Of a DNA stretch of 64,000 bases, positions 37,642 to 47,271 are shown one piece after another. The translations under genes were made by a program, and so were the position numbers. The stretch is taken from the NCBI GenBank assembly GCA_020633075.1, contig JACKEI010000008.1:21360-85359 (forward strand), given 5' to 3'. Position 1 is the first letter of the stretch. The number at the start of each line of letters is the position of its first letter. This DNA comes from Sandaracinaceae bacterium (GTDB lineage: Bacteria > Myxococcota_A > Polyangia > Polyangiales > Houyiibacteriaceae). Below the pieces are notes generated by a model. That model was not told the origin of the DNA and did no database searches. It saw nothing but the letters and a program-made list of their open reading frames with translations.

Positions 37642-38826
37642 TCAGCTCGGACGGCGCGCGGGGTACGACCCCAGCACGCGCAGGAACGACGTGCATGCGC
37701 GCAGCTCCTCTAGCGCGGCCTGCGTCTCGGGGGTGGAGGTGTTGCCCTCGAAGTCCACGTAGAAGACGTACTCGAAGGGGGAGTCGGGCTGTGGCCGCGA
37801 CTCGAGCTTGGTCAGGTTGAGGCCGTGGTTGGCCAGGGTCTGGAGCACCTTCAGCAAGGCGCCCTCTTCGTGCTTGGTGGACAGGATCAGCGACGTCTTG
37901 CAGTGCAGCGCGGCGTCGTAGACCGCACGCTCCTTCGCCACCATCACCATGCGCGTGAAGTTGTCCTTCTGGTCCGCGATGCCGCGCGCCAGCACGGGCA
38001 GCCCGTACACCCGCGCCGCCTCTTCGCTCGCGATGGCGGCCTGCGAGAGGTCCTGCTCGTCTTTCACGCGCCGCACGGAGAGCGCGGTGTCGCTGAACGC
38101 CTCGGCGTGGCAGTTGGTCAGCGTCGCCAAGAACGCGCCGCACTGGGCGAGCGCCACCGGGTGCGAGAAGATGCGGCGGATCTTCGTGAGCGGGACCTCG
38201 GCCACCCCGATGAGGCAGTGCTCGACGCGCTGCATCTCTTCGCCGACCAGGTGCAGGTCCATCTTGGCGAGCAGGTCGTAGTTCTCGTTGATGGACCCCG
38301 CGATGCTGTTCTCGATAGGCAGCACGGCGTAGTCGGCCATGCCGTTCTTGACGGCCTCGAGCATGGACTTGAAGGAGGGGAAGCCCTCGTACAGCACCTT
38401 CGCGTCGCGCGCGCCGAAGTGTCGCGTCGCGGCGAGGTGACTGTAGGCCCCCTCGCCACCCTGGAACGCCACCACGATGGTGCGCCGGGGCTTGCCGTTG
38501 GGGTCGCCGGAGGTGGAGAAGTACTCCTGCTGCAAGCGCACGGAGTGGTCGATGATCTCGCGGAAGATGCGCGTGACGAAGTGCGAGTCCAGCCCGGCCG
38601 CCTCGCCCCGGGCCACCAGCTTCTCGAGCAGCTCTTGCTCGCGCTGCGGGTCGCGAATACCGCGGCCGTGCCCCACCTTGAAGCGCGCGACCTGCTTGAC
38701 GAGGTCACGGCGCTCTACGAGGGCGTCCACCAGCTTGCTGTCCACTGCGTCGAGGGCTGCTCGGAGGTCTTCCAGTTCTTGGTCCACGTGACCCCGAATG
38801 TGCCTCTTGCTGGTCGCGGCGTCCAC
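37642..38826 (-). CDS. pheA: Bifunctional chorismate mutase / prephenate dehydratase (P-protein)
   Basis: The chorismate mutase helix region is LRAALDAVDSKLVDALVERRDLVKQV. The prephenate dehydratase motifs are VAFQGGEGAYSH, AVLPIENS and TRF (FTRMV). The ACT domain is TSLILS...GAL...L...G.NLTKLESRP. I chose the GTG at 38826, which is preceded by GGAGGG 9 nt upstream. The longer ORF-track start at 38949 would overlap the upstream gene by ~100 nt. Confidence 0.88.
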   Translation of the reverse strand: MDAATSKRHIRGHVDQELEDLRAALDAVDSKLVDALVERRDLVKQVARFKVGHGRGIRDPQREQELLEKLVARGEAAGLDSHFVTRIFREIIDHSVRLQQEYFSTSGDPNGKPRRTIVVAFQGGEGAYSHLAATRHFGARDAKVLYEGFPSFKSMLEAVKNGMADYAVLPIENSIAGSINENYDLLAKMDLHLVGEEMQRVEHCLIGVAEVPLTKIRRIFSHPVALAQCGAFLATLTNCHAEAFSDTALSVRRVKDEQDLSQAAIASEEAARVYGLPVLARGIADQKDNFTRMVMVAKERAVYDAALHCKTSLILSTKHEEGALLKVLQTLANHGLNLTKLESRPQPDSPFEYVFYVDFEGNTSTPETQAALEELRACTSFLRVLGSYPARRPS

Positions 38827-38846
38827 CGCTTCGGTACCCTCCGTGC

Positions 38847-39404
38847 TCAGCGCGGGCGTGGCTCGACGCGGCGCAGCGCGCCCACGCGCTCCAGGGTGAA
38901 GAAGCTGGGCGTCATGACCGTGCGGCGGCCGAGGTCCAGGTAGGTACACCCCAACAACAGCTCCGCGCTGCCAGGGTTGAGCGCCACGAGCGGGTCGCGC
39001 GCCCGCGACGCTGGGTCGAAGGGGGAGTTCCCGCCCAGCCCGTAGTCGATCAGCAGCCCCTGGTACATGGGCGTGGGCATGGCGTAGCCGACGGGGCGCA
39101 CCACCTGATAGTGCCCGAAGCAGCGCTCACGACCGCCGCGCCGCTGCGGCGTCACGGGCGTGTCGTCTCCGTCCTGCTCCACGCGCACGTTCCAGCCGCG
39201 CAGCACCCCCGTGCGCGGCTCCCGGTGAAAGGTCTTCATGAACTTGCGCCAGGTCAACGCCACGACCGGCGCAGGCAGGCCCAAGCTGATGCCGCGGTAC
39301 TCACTGTCGTCGAGCGCGGCGGGTTCGATCGGGTGACCCGCCTGCATCAGGTCCAGCAGCGCGTGGCGATCGAGGGTCGCAACAGAGGCAGCGGTGTGAG
39401 ACAT
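38847..39404 (-). CDS. Conserved hypothetical protein (185 aa)
   Basis: A clean ORF packed tightly between the TetR gene (8-bp gap) and pheA. I could not assign a motif with confidence. The C-terminal ...SFFTLER ending loosely recalls DUF4334-type proteins, but that is unverified. Confidence 0.6.
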   Translation of the reverse strand: MSHTAASVATLDRHALLDLMQAGHPIEPAALDDSEYRGISLGLPAPVVALTWRKFMKTFHREPRTGVLRGWNVRVEQDGDDTPVTPQRRGGRERCFGHYQVVRPVGYAMPTPMYQGLLIDYGLGGNSPFDPASRARDPLVALNPGSAELLLGCTYLDLGRRTVMTPSFFTLERVGALRRVEPRPR

Positions 39405-39412
39405 GGCGCAGC

Positions 39413-40066
39413 CTACTCCCGCGTGATCCCCGCCGCCACGAGCAGCAGCTCGGCGAAGCGCTTCTGGAACCTCTCGCGTTGCTCTTCCACAGGCGTGTCG
39501 CGCAAGCGCGCGCGCACGTGGTCGCCCACCAGCAGGTCACCGAACATCACCAACGTGATGAGCTCGAGGCCGAACGCCGCGTCCTCGCTGCTGAGCTTGC
39601 CCTCCTTCATGAAGCCCGAAGCGAAGGCGGAGAGCCCCTGCGCGATGCGCTTGAGCCCCTGTTCGTTCGCGGCCGGAAACGGGTCACGGCCGTGGGCCAG
39701 GAGGTACGCCAACAGCGTGGCCCGCTGCGGGTCCGCGACGCGGGCATAGATCTCGGTGAGGAGGTCCCCAGGGTCGATTCGTCCGCCCGCCCACGCGCCG
39801 CCTACCGCAGCCAGCACGTCTTCGCGCAGGACGAGCGCCGCGCGCTGGAAGAGCGCCTCGAGCAGGCCCTCGCGCGACCCGAAGTGATAGAGCACGCCCG
39901 AGTGGGTGACGCCGGACGCCTCCGCGATCGGCTTCAGGCGCACGGCTTCGGGTCCGCCCTGCTCGAACGCCGCCTGGGCCGCGTCGAGAATGTCGGCGCG
40001 CGCCTCCTCGGCGGTCCGACGGGTGCGCGTGGGCGAGGGACTCGGGTCTTGCTGGTCTGCGGTCAT
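39413..40066 (-). CDS. TetR-family transcriptional regulator
   Basis: The HTH is ILDAAQAAFEQGGPEAVRLKPIAEASGVTHSGVLYHFGSREGL. I chose the ATG at 40066; the TTG at 40072 is the ORF-track start. It is divergent from the alkylsulfatase gene. Confidence 0.85.
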   Translation of the reverse strand: MTADQQDPSPSPTRTRRTAEEARADILDAAQAAFEQGGPEAVRLKPIAEASGVTHSGVLYHFGSREGLLEALFQRAALVLREDVLAAVGGAWAGGRIDPGDLLTEIYARVADPQRATLLAYLLAHGRDPFPAANEQGLKRIAQGLSAFASGFMKEGKLSSEDAAFGLELITLVMFGDLLVGDHVRARLRDTPVEEQRERFQKRFAELLLVAAGITRE

Positions 40067-40082
40067 TGACAACTTCGTGTTA

Positions 40083-40097
40083 CTGACACATTGTCAG
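40083..40097. promoter_or_regulatory. Inverted repeat CTGACA-cat-TGTCAG, candidate TetR operator
   Basis: A perfect 6-3-6 palindrome in the 34-bp gap between the divergent TetR gene (start 40066) and the sulfatase gene (ATG 40101). It ends 3 nt before the sulfatase start codon. Confidence 0.5.
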
Positions 40098-40100
40098 CGT

Positions 40101-41909
40101 ATGAATTCGGAACATGTGGGAGAGCTCCCGCCCAAGAAGAGTCACCGTGCGAAGCTGATCGCCTTGGTGCTGGTGTTGTTGGTGGCGGGCGGTGTGGCGG
40201 TGTTCGTGGCCGGGCGTCCCTCGCGGCGCGACGTAGTCACCACGCAGCCGGTGAGCACGCCCGAGGTCCTGGATGCCCACTGCGAGGAAGGCGTCGGACC
40301 GCCGCGGGTGCTGCGCATCACGGACAACGTGCTGGTGGCCGTGGGCTACGACCTGGCAAACACCATCCTGGTCACGAGCCCCGAAGGGCACGTGGTCATT
40401 GATGTCGGCATGAGCCCCGCGCGGGCCCGGCTGGCTCGCGAAGCGCTCCTGCGCGAGGCGCCTGGGGGGGTGCGCGCCATCGTGCTCACGCACAGTCACA
40501 TCGACCATATTGGCGGAGCGAGCGCTTGGATGGAAGAGGGAACCGAGGTCTGGGCCACGGACGCCTTCCGCGACCACTTCCTGAAGCAGTACGGCTCCTT
40601 CCGCATGGCCGAGACCGTGCGGGGCGCGCGGCAGTTCGGCTGGCACGTGGACGAAGAGAGCCTGCCTTGCTCCGCGCTCGGGCGGCGCGTGGACCTCGAG
40701 GCCGCGATGGAGTCCGGCATCGTGATGCCCACCCGCACCTTCAGCGGCGAGGCGTCCTTCGAGGTCGGTGGCGTGCGCGTGGAGCTGCACGAGGCGCACG
40801 GCGAGACGCACGACCAGCTGCTGGTGTGGCTACCCGAGTCGCGGGTGCTCATGCCGGGGGACAACTACTACCGCGCCTTCCCGAACCTCTACACCATCAG
40901 GGGCACCAGCCCGCGCCCGGTGGACGCGTGGATCGAGTCGCTCGACACCATGCGCGCGCTGCGCCCGCTGCACCTGGTCCCTTCGCACACGGTGCCCCTC
41001 GCGGGCGAAGACGTGATCGCAGGCGCCCTCACGCGCTACCGCGACGGCATCCAGTGGGTGCGCGACCGGGTCGTGTCCCAGGCGAACGCGGGGGTCTCGG
41101 TGGACCGCATCGCGCAGGAGATGGCGCTGCCCGCCGAGCTCTCGGCGGACCCCGCTCTGGCGCCCTTGTACGGACAGCTCGACTGGTCCGCGCGCGCCAT
41201 CTACGACTCGCATCTGGGGTGGTTCGACGGGCGGCCGGAGACCCTGTACCCCGTGCCGAGCGACGTGGTGGCGCGGCGCACGGTGCAGCTCATGGGCGGT
41301 CGTGACGCGGTCCGACAGGCCGCACAGCAGGCACGACAGCAAGGGGACCCGCGCTGGGCACTACACCTCCTGACGCTGCTCCGAGATGCGGGCGAGCTGG
41401 ATGCGAGCCCCGGCACCGAGGGCGCGGACGAGCTCGCTGACGTCCTCGGCGAGGTCGCGGCGGCCGTCGGCAACAGCAACGGGCGTGGCTACCTGCTCGA
41501 GAGCGCCTATGAGCTCCGCAACGGACCGGCCGAGCCGCTGGTCCCGCGCCCGGCGCCGAGCATGTTGGACACCATCCCCATCACGCAGTTCTTCGCGATC
41601 ATGGTCACGCGCCTGATCCCCGAGCTCTCGAGCGACGCGCACGAGAGCGTGCGCTTCGTGTTCGAGGACACGAACGAGACCTTCTTCATGACGGTGCGCC
41701 ATGGGGTGGCGGAGCTGGTCGCGGGCGAGACTCCGCTCCCCGGTACCCCAGAGCCCCTCGCCACGGTGCACAGCACGACGGGGACGTGGCGTCGCCTGGC
41801 GACCGACATGACGTCGCCGGTCAGCGCGCTGGCGTCCGGGGAGCTGCGCGTCGAGGGCGACGCCCTGGCGTTCCAGACCTTCACCAACCGCTTCCGCCGA
41901 GGCCTCTAG
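40101..41909 (+). CDS. Alkyl/aryl-sulfatase of the metallo-beta-lactamase superfamily (SdsA1/Bds1-like) with an N-terminal membrane anchor
   Basis: A TM/signal anchor (LIALVLVLLVAGGVAVFVAG) is followed by the MBL motif THSHIDHIGG. A dimerisation domain comes next (DWSARAIYDSHLGWFDG). The C-terminus is SCP2-like (...LASGELRVEGDALAFQTF). The start is the ATG at 40101. Confidence 0.8.
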   Translation: MNSEHVGELPPKKSHRAKLIALVLVLLVAGGVAVFVAGRPSRRDVVTTQPVSTPEVLDAHCEEGVGPPRVLRITDNVLVAVGYDLANTILVTSPEGHVVIDVGMSPARARLAREALLREAPGGVRAIVLTHSHIDHIGGASAWMEEGTEVWATDAFRDHFLKQYGSFRMAETVRGARQFGWHVDEESLPCSALGRRVDLEAAMESGIVMPTRTFSGEASFEVGGVRVELHEAHGETHDQLLVWLPESRVLMPGDNYYRAFPNLYTIRGTSPRPVDAWIESLDTMRALRPLHLVPSHTVPLAGEDVIAGALTRYRDGIQWVRDRVVSQANAGVSVDRIAQEMALPAELSADPALAPLYGQLDWSARAIYDSHLGWFDGRPETLYPVPSDVVARRTVQLMGGRDAVRQAAQQARQQGDPRWALHLLTLLRDAGELDASPGTEGADELADVLGEVAAAVGNSNGRGYLLESAYELRNGPAEPLVPRPAPSMLDTIPITQFFAIMVTRLIPELSSDAHESVRFVFEDTNETFFMTVRHGVAELVAGETPLPGTPEPLATVHSTTGTWRRLATDMTSPVSALASGELRVEGDALAFQTFTNRFRRGL

Positions 41910-41949
41910 ACGGCCCGCACCCTGGGCACGGTCGTGGGCTGAGGCTCCG

Positions 41950-43584
41950 CTACTGCTCCTCCGCCGCCGCCTCTGGGGGGCGCGACTGGCGCCTCTGTCG
42001 CCGACGCGCTCGCTCCGCGTCCACGGCGTCCGGATGCTCTTCACGGTCCTCGTCGCCTGCGTCCGTGTCGCCATCGCCCACCTGTCGTCCGCGGTTCTGC
42101 ACGCGATGCAGCGCGCTCTGCGCCAGGCGCGCCACGGAGCGCGTCGCCCCAGTCACGAAGACGTAGAGCACGCGCTCTTCGATACCCGTGCGGGCGTACG
42201 TGCCGCTCCCTACCGGGTCGGCGTCCACGGACAGCGCGGAGCCACGGCCGCGCGAGCCCGCGATGCCGAGGGTGAGGTGGTAGGCGCCCACGTGCAGGCC
42301 CAGCCCGAAGGACGCGCCGTAGTGATGGACACGCTCCAGCCGGTACGTGCTGGTGGTCTCGGGGACCCTGGGCGCGGCGCTGCGGTTGGTGAAGGCGCCC
42401 ACGCGGAAGGTCACGCCGTCGCGCATGACCCACTCCGCACCGAGGGCGGCGTCCACCGTGGTGCGCCGCTTGGTGTCGACGGGCATGAAGGGCGTGCGCC
42501 CGAGCGCCTCGGCGTCGCCCCCTGGCAGGATCTGGCGGCCGCGCGTGGGCCCGTGCACCGACGAGTCGAAGGCCAGGGTCAACGAGCGATTGACGTGCCA
42601 ACCGACACCCACCCGCACCATCCAGGGGATGGGCATGCGCACGCGGAGCCCGCGCTGCTCGATGGGGTCGAAGTAGGTCGTGGTCTCGCCCGTCGTCGGG
42701 TCCACCAGGGAGAGCGCGCTCTGCTGCGAGAGAGACGCGCGGCTGTGCAGCGGGATACCCGGAGGTTGGAACGTCAGCCCCACGGACACGTGCTGATTGG
42801 GCCGGTAGAAGAACCCTATGCGCGGCAGGACGCTGAAGGTGCGGCCGGAGATGCGGGTCAGCCCTGCGTGGCTCTCCACGCCCGTGAATCCGCCATCCGG
42901 GGTGGGCTCGCCGTTGGTCGCGACGAAGAGGGTCTCGCGGTGCATCATGCGCTGGGTCGCCAAGAACGCCGTGACGCCGAAGGCGATGGTGTGCGAGAGG
43001 TGCAGCGCGTAGCTCAGCCCGTACAGGGTCTGACGGTAGCTGTGGTCGATGCGCCCCGTGGACGGGATGCCCGTCATGGGGTTCACCAGATCCACGCGCA
43101 GACTCACGTCCGAGGTCGCGGGGTAGAGGGTGCTGAAGGCCACCGCGTGCCGCTTGAGGCCGTCCGCGCCGTGCGGACCAAAGCGCAAGAGCGCGGCGGA
43201 GAAGACCGGCAGCGAACCCGAGCTGGTCTGCGTGAGGTCCGCGACCGAGCCGGGGCCGCGCACGCCGCCGAGGATGCGCGTGCGCTCGAACGCGGTGAGG
43301 CCCAAGCTGGCGGAGAAGCTGCGGTTGGGGAGCTCGGCCAGCGCGCCCGGGTTGTAGAAGGTGCTGGAGGTGTCGGCCGCGAGGCCAGTGGCCGCGCCCC
43401 CCATACCAAAGGCGCGGTCCCCGATGAACACACTCTGGTAGTGCGTCTCGTCCGCCCGGACGGTGCGAGACAGGCCCAGGCACGAGAGCGCGCAGAGCCA
43501 CGCCGCGACGCCAGCCCCCGCGCGCCGCGCCGAGGTGCAGCGGCTGCGAGCTAGCGGATCAGTCGCTGAACAACGACTCCACAT
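41950..43584 (-). CDS. FadL/TodX-like outer-membrane beta-barrel protein with a 68-aa charged C-terminal tail
   Basis: It has a signal peptide (RRAGAGVAAWLCALSCLGLSRTVRA). The N-terminal signature FGMGGAATGLAADTSSTFYNPGALA is typical of hydrophobic-compound transport barrels. A beta-signal-like ...ERVLYVF is followed by an extra D/E/R-rich tail. The start overlaps the SNF2 gene end by 26 bp. Confidence 0.65.
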   Translation of the reverse strand: MWSRCSATDPLARSRCTSARRAGAGVAAWLCALSCLGLSRTVRADETHYQSVFIGDRAFGMGGAATGLAADTSSTFYNPGALAELPNRSFSASLGLTAFERTRILGGVRGPGSVADLTQTSSGSLPVFSAALLRFGPHGADGLKRHAVAFSTLYPATSDVSLRVDLVNPMTGIPSTGRIDHSYRQTLYGLSYALHLSHTIAFGVTAFLATQRMMHRETLFVATNGEPTPDGGFTGVESHAGLTRISGRTFSVLPRIGFFYRPNQHVSVGLTFQPPGIPLHSRASLSQQSALSLVDPTTGETTTYFDPIEQRGLRVRMPIPWMVRVGVGWHVNRSLTLAFDSSVHGPTRGRQILPGGDAEALGRTPFMPVDTKRRTTVDAALGAEWVMRDGVTFRVGAFTNRSAAPRVPETTSTYRLERVHHYGASFGLGLHVGAYHLTLGIAGSRGRGSALSVDADPVGSGTYARTGIEERVLYVFVTGATRSVARLAQSALHRVQNRGRQVGDGDTDAGDEDREEHPDAVDAERARRRQRRQSRPPEAAAEEQ

Positions 43585-46500
43585 CGGCTTTGGTCAGACC
43601 CTTGAGCGGGCTCCCCTCAGAGGACAGCACGTTGCTCACGAGGGCACGCTTCTTCTCGGAGAGGTCGAGGATCTTCTCTTCCACCGTGCCCGCTGCGATC
43701 AGGCGGTAGACGGTGACGACCTTGTCCTGCCCGATGCGGTGCGCGCGGTCCGTCGCCTGGTCCTCGACGGCCGGGTTCCACCACGGGTCGAAGTGCACGA
43801 CGGTGTCGGCGCCGGTGAGGTTGAGGCCGGTGCCGCCGGCCTTCAGCGAGATCAGGAAGACGGGGACGTCGCCGTCCGCGTTGAAGCGGTCCACGCGGTC
43901 CATGCGGTCCTGGGTGGACCCGTCCAGGTACTCGTAGCGCACGCCATCGGCGTCGAGCGCCGCGCGGATGAGCTGGAGCATCTGCACGAACTGGCTGAAC
44001 ACCAGCACGCGGTGGTCGCCGGCCACGGCCTCGCTGATGATCTCGCGCAGCGCGCCCAGCTTGCCGCTGTCGGCGTCCGTGAACTCCTGGTCCTCGAGCT
44101 TCATCAGGCGCGGGTCGCAAGCCACCTGACGCAGGCGCGTGAGGGCGGCCAGGATCTGGATGTGGGCCTTGGCCACGCCCTTGCTCTCGACCTCGCTGAG
44201 GACGCTCTTGCGCACCTGCTCGAGGATCTGCTTGTACAGACCCTGCTGCGAGTCCGCGAGCGGGACCACGATCTCCTGCTCGATCTTCTCGGGCAGGTCG
44301 AGGGCCACGTCCTTCTTGAGGCGCCGCAGCACGAAGGGCTGGATGGTGTTGCGCAGCTTGCGCGCCGTCTCGTCGTCGCCGCGGTCGATGGGCCGCGCGA
44401 CCTTCTCTTCGAAGGTCTTGAGCTGCCCCAATAGCCCCGGCGACACGAAGTCGAAGATGCTCCAGAGCTCGCTCAGGCGGTTCTCGATGGGCGTGCCCGT
44501 GAGCGCCAGGCGCCGCTCGCTGGCCAGCTTCTTGGCGGCGCGCGCCGTCTGGCTGAGGGGGTTCTTGATGTGCTGCGCCTCGTCCAGGATGACGTAGCGC
44601 AGGTCCAGCGACTGGAGGAACTCTTCGTCACGCCGGAGCAGCGCGTAGCTGGTGATGAGCACGTCCGCCTTCTGCAGCATGTCGCGCCGCTCGTGACGGT
44701 CCGAGCCCTGCCACACCACCGTCTCCAGCGATGGCGCGAACTTGCGGATCTCGCGCTCCCAGTTGGGCACCACCGAGGTGGGCGCCACGACCAGGCTGAG
44801 CTTGTCGTCCAGCTGCCCCTTGGCCCAGGCCAAGAGGCCAATGGTCTGGAGCGTCTTTCCGAGACCCATGTCGTCGGCCAGGATGCCGCCGCTGCCGAGC
44901 TCGTGCAGGAAAACCAACCACGAGAAGCCCAGCTTCTGGTAGGGGCGCAGCGTGGCCTTGAGCGTGCGGGGCTTGGGGATGCTGGGGATCTCGTCGATGT
45001 TGTGGAGCTTGGCGAAGAGCTCCTTGGCGGAGGTGCTGACCTTCGCGTTGGGCACAAGCTTCATCAGGTCGTTGATGCGCCCGGCCTGCGAGAGAGGGAT
45101 CTTGCCGGCGTCGGGGCCGAGCGTGATCTCCGCCATCCGCGCGAGGATGTCGCCCACTTCGTCCACGTCCACGGGCGCGTAGCTGCCGTCTTCGAGCTTG
45201 ACGAGCTTGCGCCCGCTCTCGAGGCACGCCAGCAGCTCGTCCTCGGCCACCACCAGCTTCCCGGCGCCGAAGACCATGTCCAGCGAGAGCCAGTCCACGC
45301 CGCTGGACACGCTCATGCGCGGCTGAACGGCCTCCTTGCGGATCTTGATGGCGCGCAGCCCCTCGGGGATGAGCTTGTCCCACTCGGCCGGGAGCTGGGC
45401 CACGCCCTGCGTCCAGAAGGTCACGGCCTCGTCGCCCACGGCCTCCATGTACTCGCCGTCGTCGTCGGGCTCGAAGCCCATGTTCGTGAGGTGCTGGATG
45501 GCGGTGAGCTCGAGGCCCACGTCGCGCCGCACGATGCGCGGCCGCCCACCCGGCTTCTTGGGCGCGAGGAAGGCGAGCGGAGGAGGCAGCCCGATGGAAG
45601 GCACCTCGAAGGTCTGCTGCCCGTAGATGACGTCGAACTTCACCTGCGCGTTGACGATGTCGCCGTGCGCCTTCATCCGGATCTGAGCGGACTCGTCCAC
45701 CAGGTCGGCGGCCGAGCTGAGGTCCGGCAGCTCCGACCCCAGCACCATGGCCACCCGCGGGATGAAGTCCGTGAGCAGGCGCGGGAGGTCGTCGTTGGGG
45801 TGCACCAGCGCCGACTGCTGGCGCAGGCGCGTGAGCATGGCGGGGCTGACGGAGTCCGCCAAGGGACGCGCCGTTCCGTCCGTCACGTCGATGTGCCAGC
45901 CCGGCGTGCCCTCGAACCAGCTGCCGCTGCCGATGGGGAAGCGACGCCCGTTGTCCAACGCGAAGGCCACCTTGACGCGCATGTGGTCCGCGTTCGCACG
46001 GTCGAGCTCCACACGCGGCTTGAGCACTTCGGTGGAGAAGCGCAGCTCCATGCTGGCGGGCTCCAGCAACACGCGGCGACCGCGCAGCATGCTGAGCACC
46101 TCCGACGCGTCCTCGCCGCGGATCTCGGCCGTGGCCGGCTGCGAGCGGTTGGCGTGGCGCGCGAGCGCACGAAAGAGCGGGCGGTCGGCCGACGTCACCA
46201 TGTTGAAGGCCTCGAGGGCCTCGATGATGGGCGCCGAGCGACGCGTGCCGGTGATGACGGGGGTCACCACGAACGACGTGGGGCGTACCGCCATGCGGTA
46301 CTCGAACTCGTAGGGGCGCTGCAGCGCCTCCGGGGGGAGCCACAGGTCGAAGAGGCCGCGCGACTCGCCGAGCGGGCCCTGCAGATCGCGCGCGGACAGC
46401 ACCTCGATCTTGCCGTCTGCGGCGGTCCCGCGGCGCCTGCGGCGGCTGCGGCGGCGCTTGGTGCCGCCTACGGAGACCGTCTGAGGCACGTGCACGAGCT

Positions 46501-47047
46501 CGGCCTTCGGCTCCTTCGGCTTCTTCTTTTTCTTCTTCTTGCCGTTGCCGTTGCCGTTGCTCGACGTGTCGCCGTCGCCGTCGCCGTCCGACTCCCCGTC
46601 CCCGCCCTGCGCGTCCTTGGTCTTTGGCGGGCGCACCTGGTCGCGCAGCGCGACCATGATGGCGGCGACGTGCTTGCAGTGACCGTCCGCGCCGCGCCAG
46701 CCCGGGCAGGTGCAGTGCGAGCTCCACACGTCGTCTTCGCTGACGGTGGCGGAGGTGGTGTAGGGCTCGTCGGACGAGCGCACGTTGATCTCGCCGGTGA
46801 CCGTGGCCCCGTCGGTCACCAGATCTTCGACGGACTTGCGCCGCGCGTAGAGGCGCCCGCGCAAGAAGGCGTTGCCGCCGGTGACGCGCTGAATCGCGCG
46901 GTCGCTCATCTTCGAGACCCTCTGCGCGACGAACGGAAGCTCGTCGAAGGGTACGTTCAAGCGATCGTCGTCTTGATCCTCGTCGTTGTCGTCGAGGTTG
47001 TCGTCGTTCATCTCATCAGTGAGGTCACTCACCGCGGTATCACCCAT
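43559..47047 (-). CDS. SNF2-family helicase/ATPase with an N-terminal SWIM zinc finger
   Basis: The SWIM finger is CTCPGWRGADGHCKHV. The SNF2 motifs are LADDMGLGKTLQ, VILDEAQHIKN, LTGTPIENRL, and in the helicase C-terminal domain LISLKAGGTGLNLT and WWNPAVEDQATDRAHRIGQ. I chose the ATG at 47047, preceded by GAGGAG 9 nt upstream; the ORF track starts at the GTG at 47086. Confidence 0.9.
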   Translation of the reverse strand: MGDTAVSDLTDEMNDDNLDDNDEDQDDDRLNVPFDELPFVAQRVSKMSDRAIQRVTGGNAFLRGRLYARRKSVEDLVTDGATVTGEINVRSSDEPYTTSATVSEDDVWSSHCTCPGWRGADGHCKHVAAIMVALRDQVRPPKTKDAQGGDGESDGDGDGDTSSNGNGNGKKKKKKKPKEPKAELVHVPQTVSVGGTKRRRSRRRRRGTAADGKIEVLSARDLQGPLGESRGLFDLWLPPEALQRPYEFEYRMAVRPTSFVVTPVITGTRRSAPIIEALEAFNMVTSADRPLFRALARHANRSQPATAEIRGEDASEVLSMLRGRRVLLEPASMELRFSTEVLKPRVELDRANADHMRVKVAFALDNGRRFPIGSGSWFEGTPGWHIDVTDGTARPLADSVSPAMLTRLRQQSALVHPNDDLPRLLTDFIPRVAMVLGSELPDLSSAADLVDESAQIRMKAHGDIVNAQVKFDVIYGQQTFEVPSIGLPPPLAFLAPKKPGGRPRIVRRDVGLELTAIQHLTNMGFEPDDDGEYMEAVGDEAVTFWTQGVAQLPAEWDKLIPEGLRAIKIRKEAVQPRMSVSSGVDWLSLDMVFGAGKLVVAEDELLACLESGRKLVKLEDGSYAPVDVDEVGDILARMAEITLGPDAGKIPLSQAGRINDLMKLVPNAKVSTSAKELFAKLHNIDEIPSIPKPRTLKATLRPYQKLGFSWLVFLHELGSGGILADDMGLGKTLQTIGLLAWAKGQLDDKLSLVVAPTSVVPNWEREIRKFAPSLETVVWQGSDRHERRDMLQKADVLITSYALLRRDEEFLQSLDLRYVILDEAQHIKNPLSQTARAAKKLASERRLALTGTPIENRLSELWSIFDFVSPGLLGQLKTFEEKVARPIDRGDDETARKLRNTIQPFVLRRLKKDVALDLPEKIEQEIVVPLADSQQGLYKQILEQVRKSVLSEVESKGVAKAHIQILAALTRLRQVACDPRLMKLEDQEFTDADSGKLGALREIISEAVAGDHRVLVFSQFVQMLQLIRAALDADGVRYEYLDGSTQDRMDRVDRFNADGDVPVFLISLKAGGTGLNLTGADTVVHFDPWWNPAVEDQATDRAHRIGQDKVVTVYRLIAAGTVEEKILDLSEKKRALVSNVLSSEGSPLKGLTKADVESLFSD

Positions 47048-47271
47048 TGAAGGCGTCTCCTCGGCCCCGCGTGGGATGCGGAGCACGAACTCGGCGTTGT
47101 GCGTGTGGGCTGGGCCGAGCCATCGCGACGGTGCTCCCGCCGTCGAGTCTGGAGCTGGGGTCAGGGGGGGCCCTGTGAGCTCGGCGCGTCACCTAGGCGC
47201 AAACCCAAAGCGACGCCTGCGGTATTACACGACACGCCGAGAACCGCAAGCCTCGCGAAATCGTGCGTCGC

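Noticed and set aside
47150-47200. GGGGGGGCCCT string resembling part of palindromic element B, considered as a possible third copy.
   Set aside because: Only 11 nt match. The flanks lack the CCAATTC/GAATTGG core and the terminal inverted arms.
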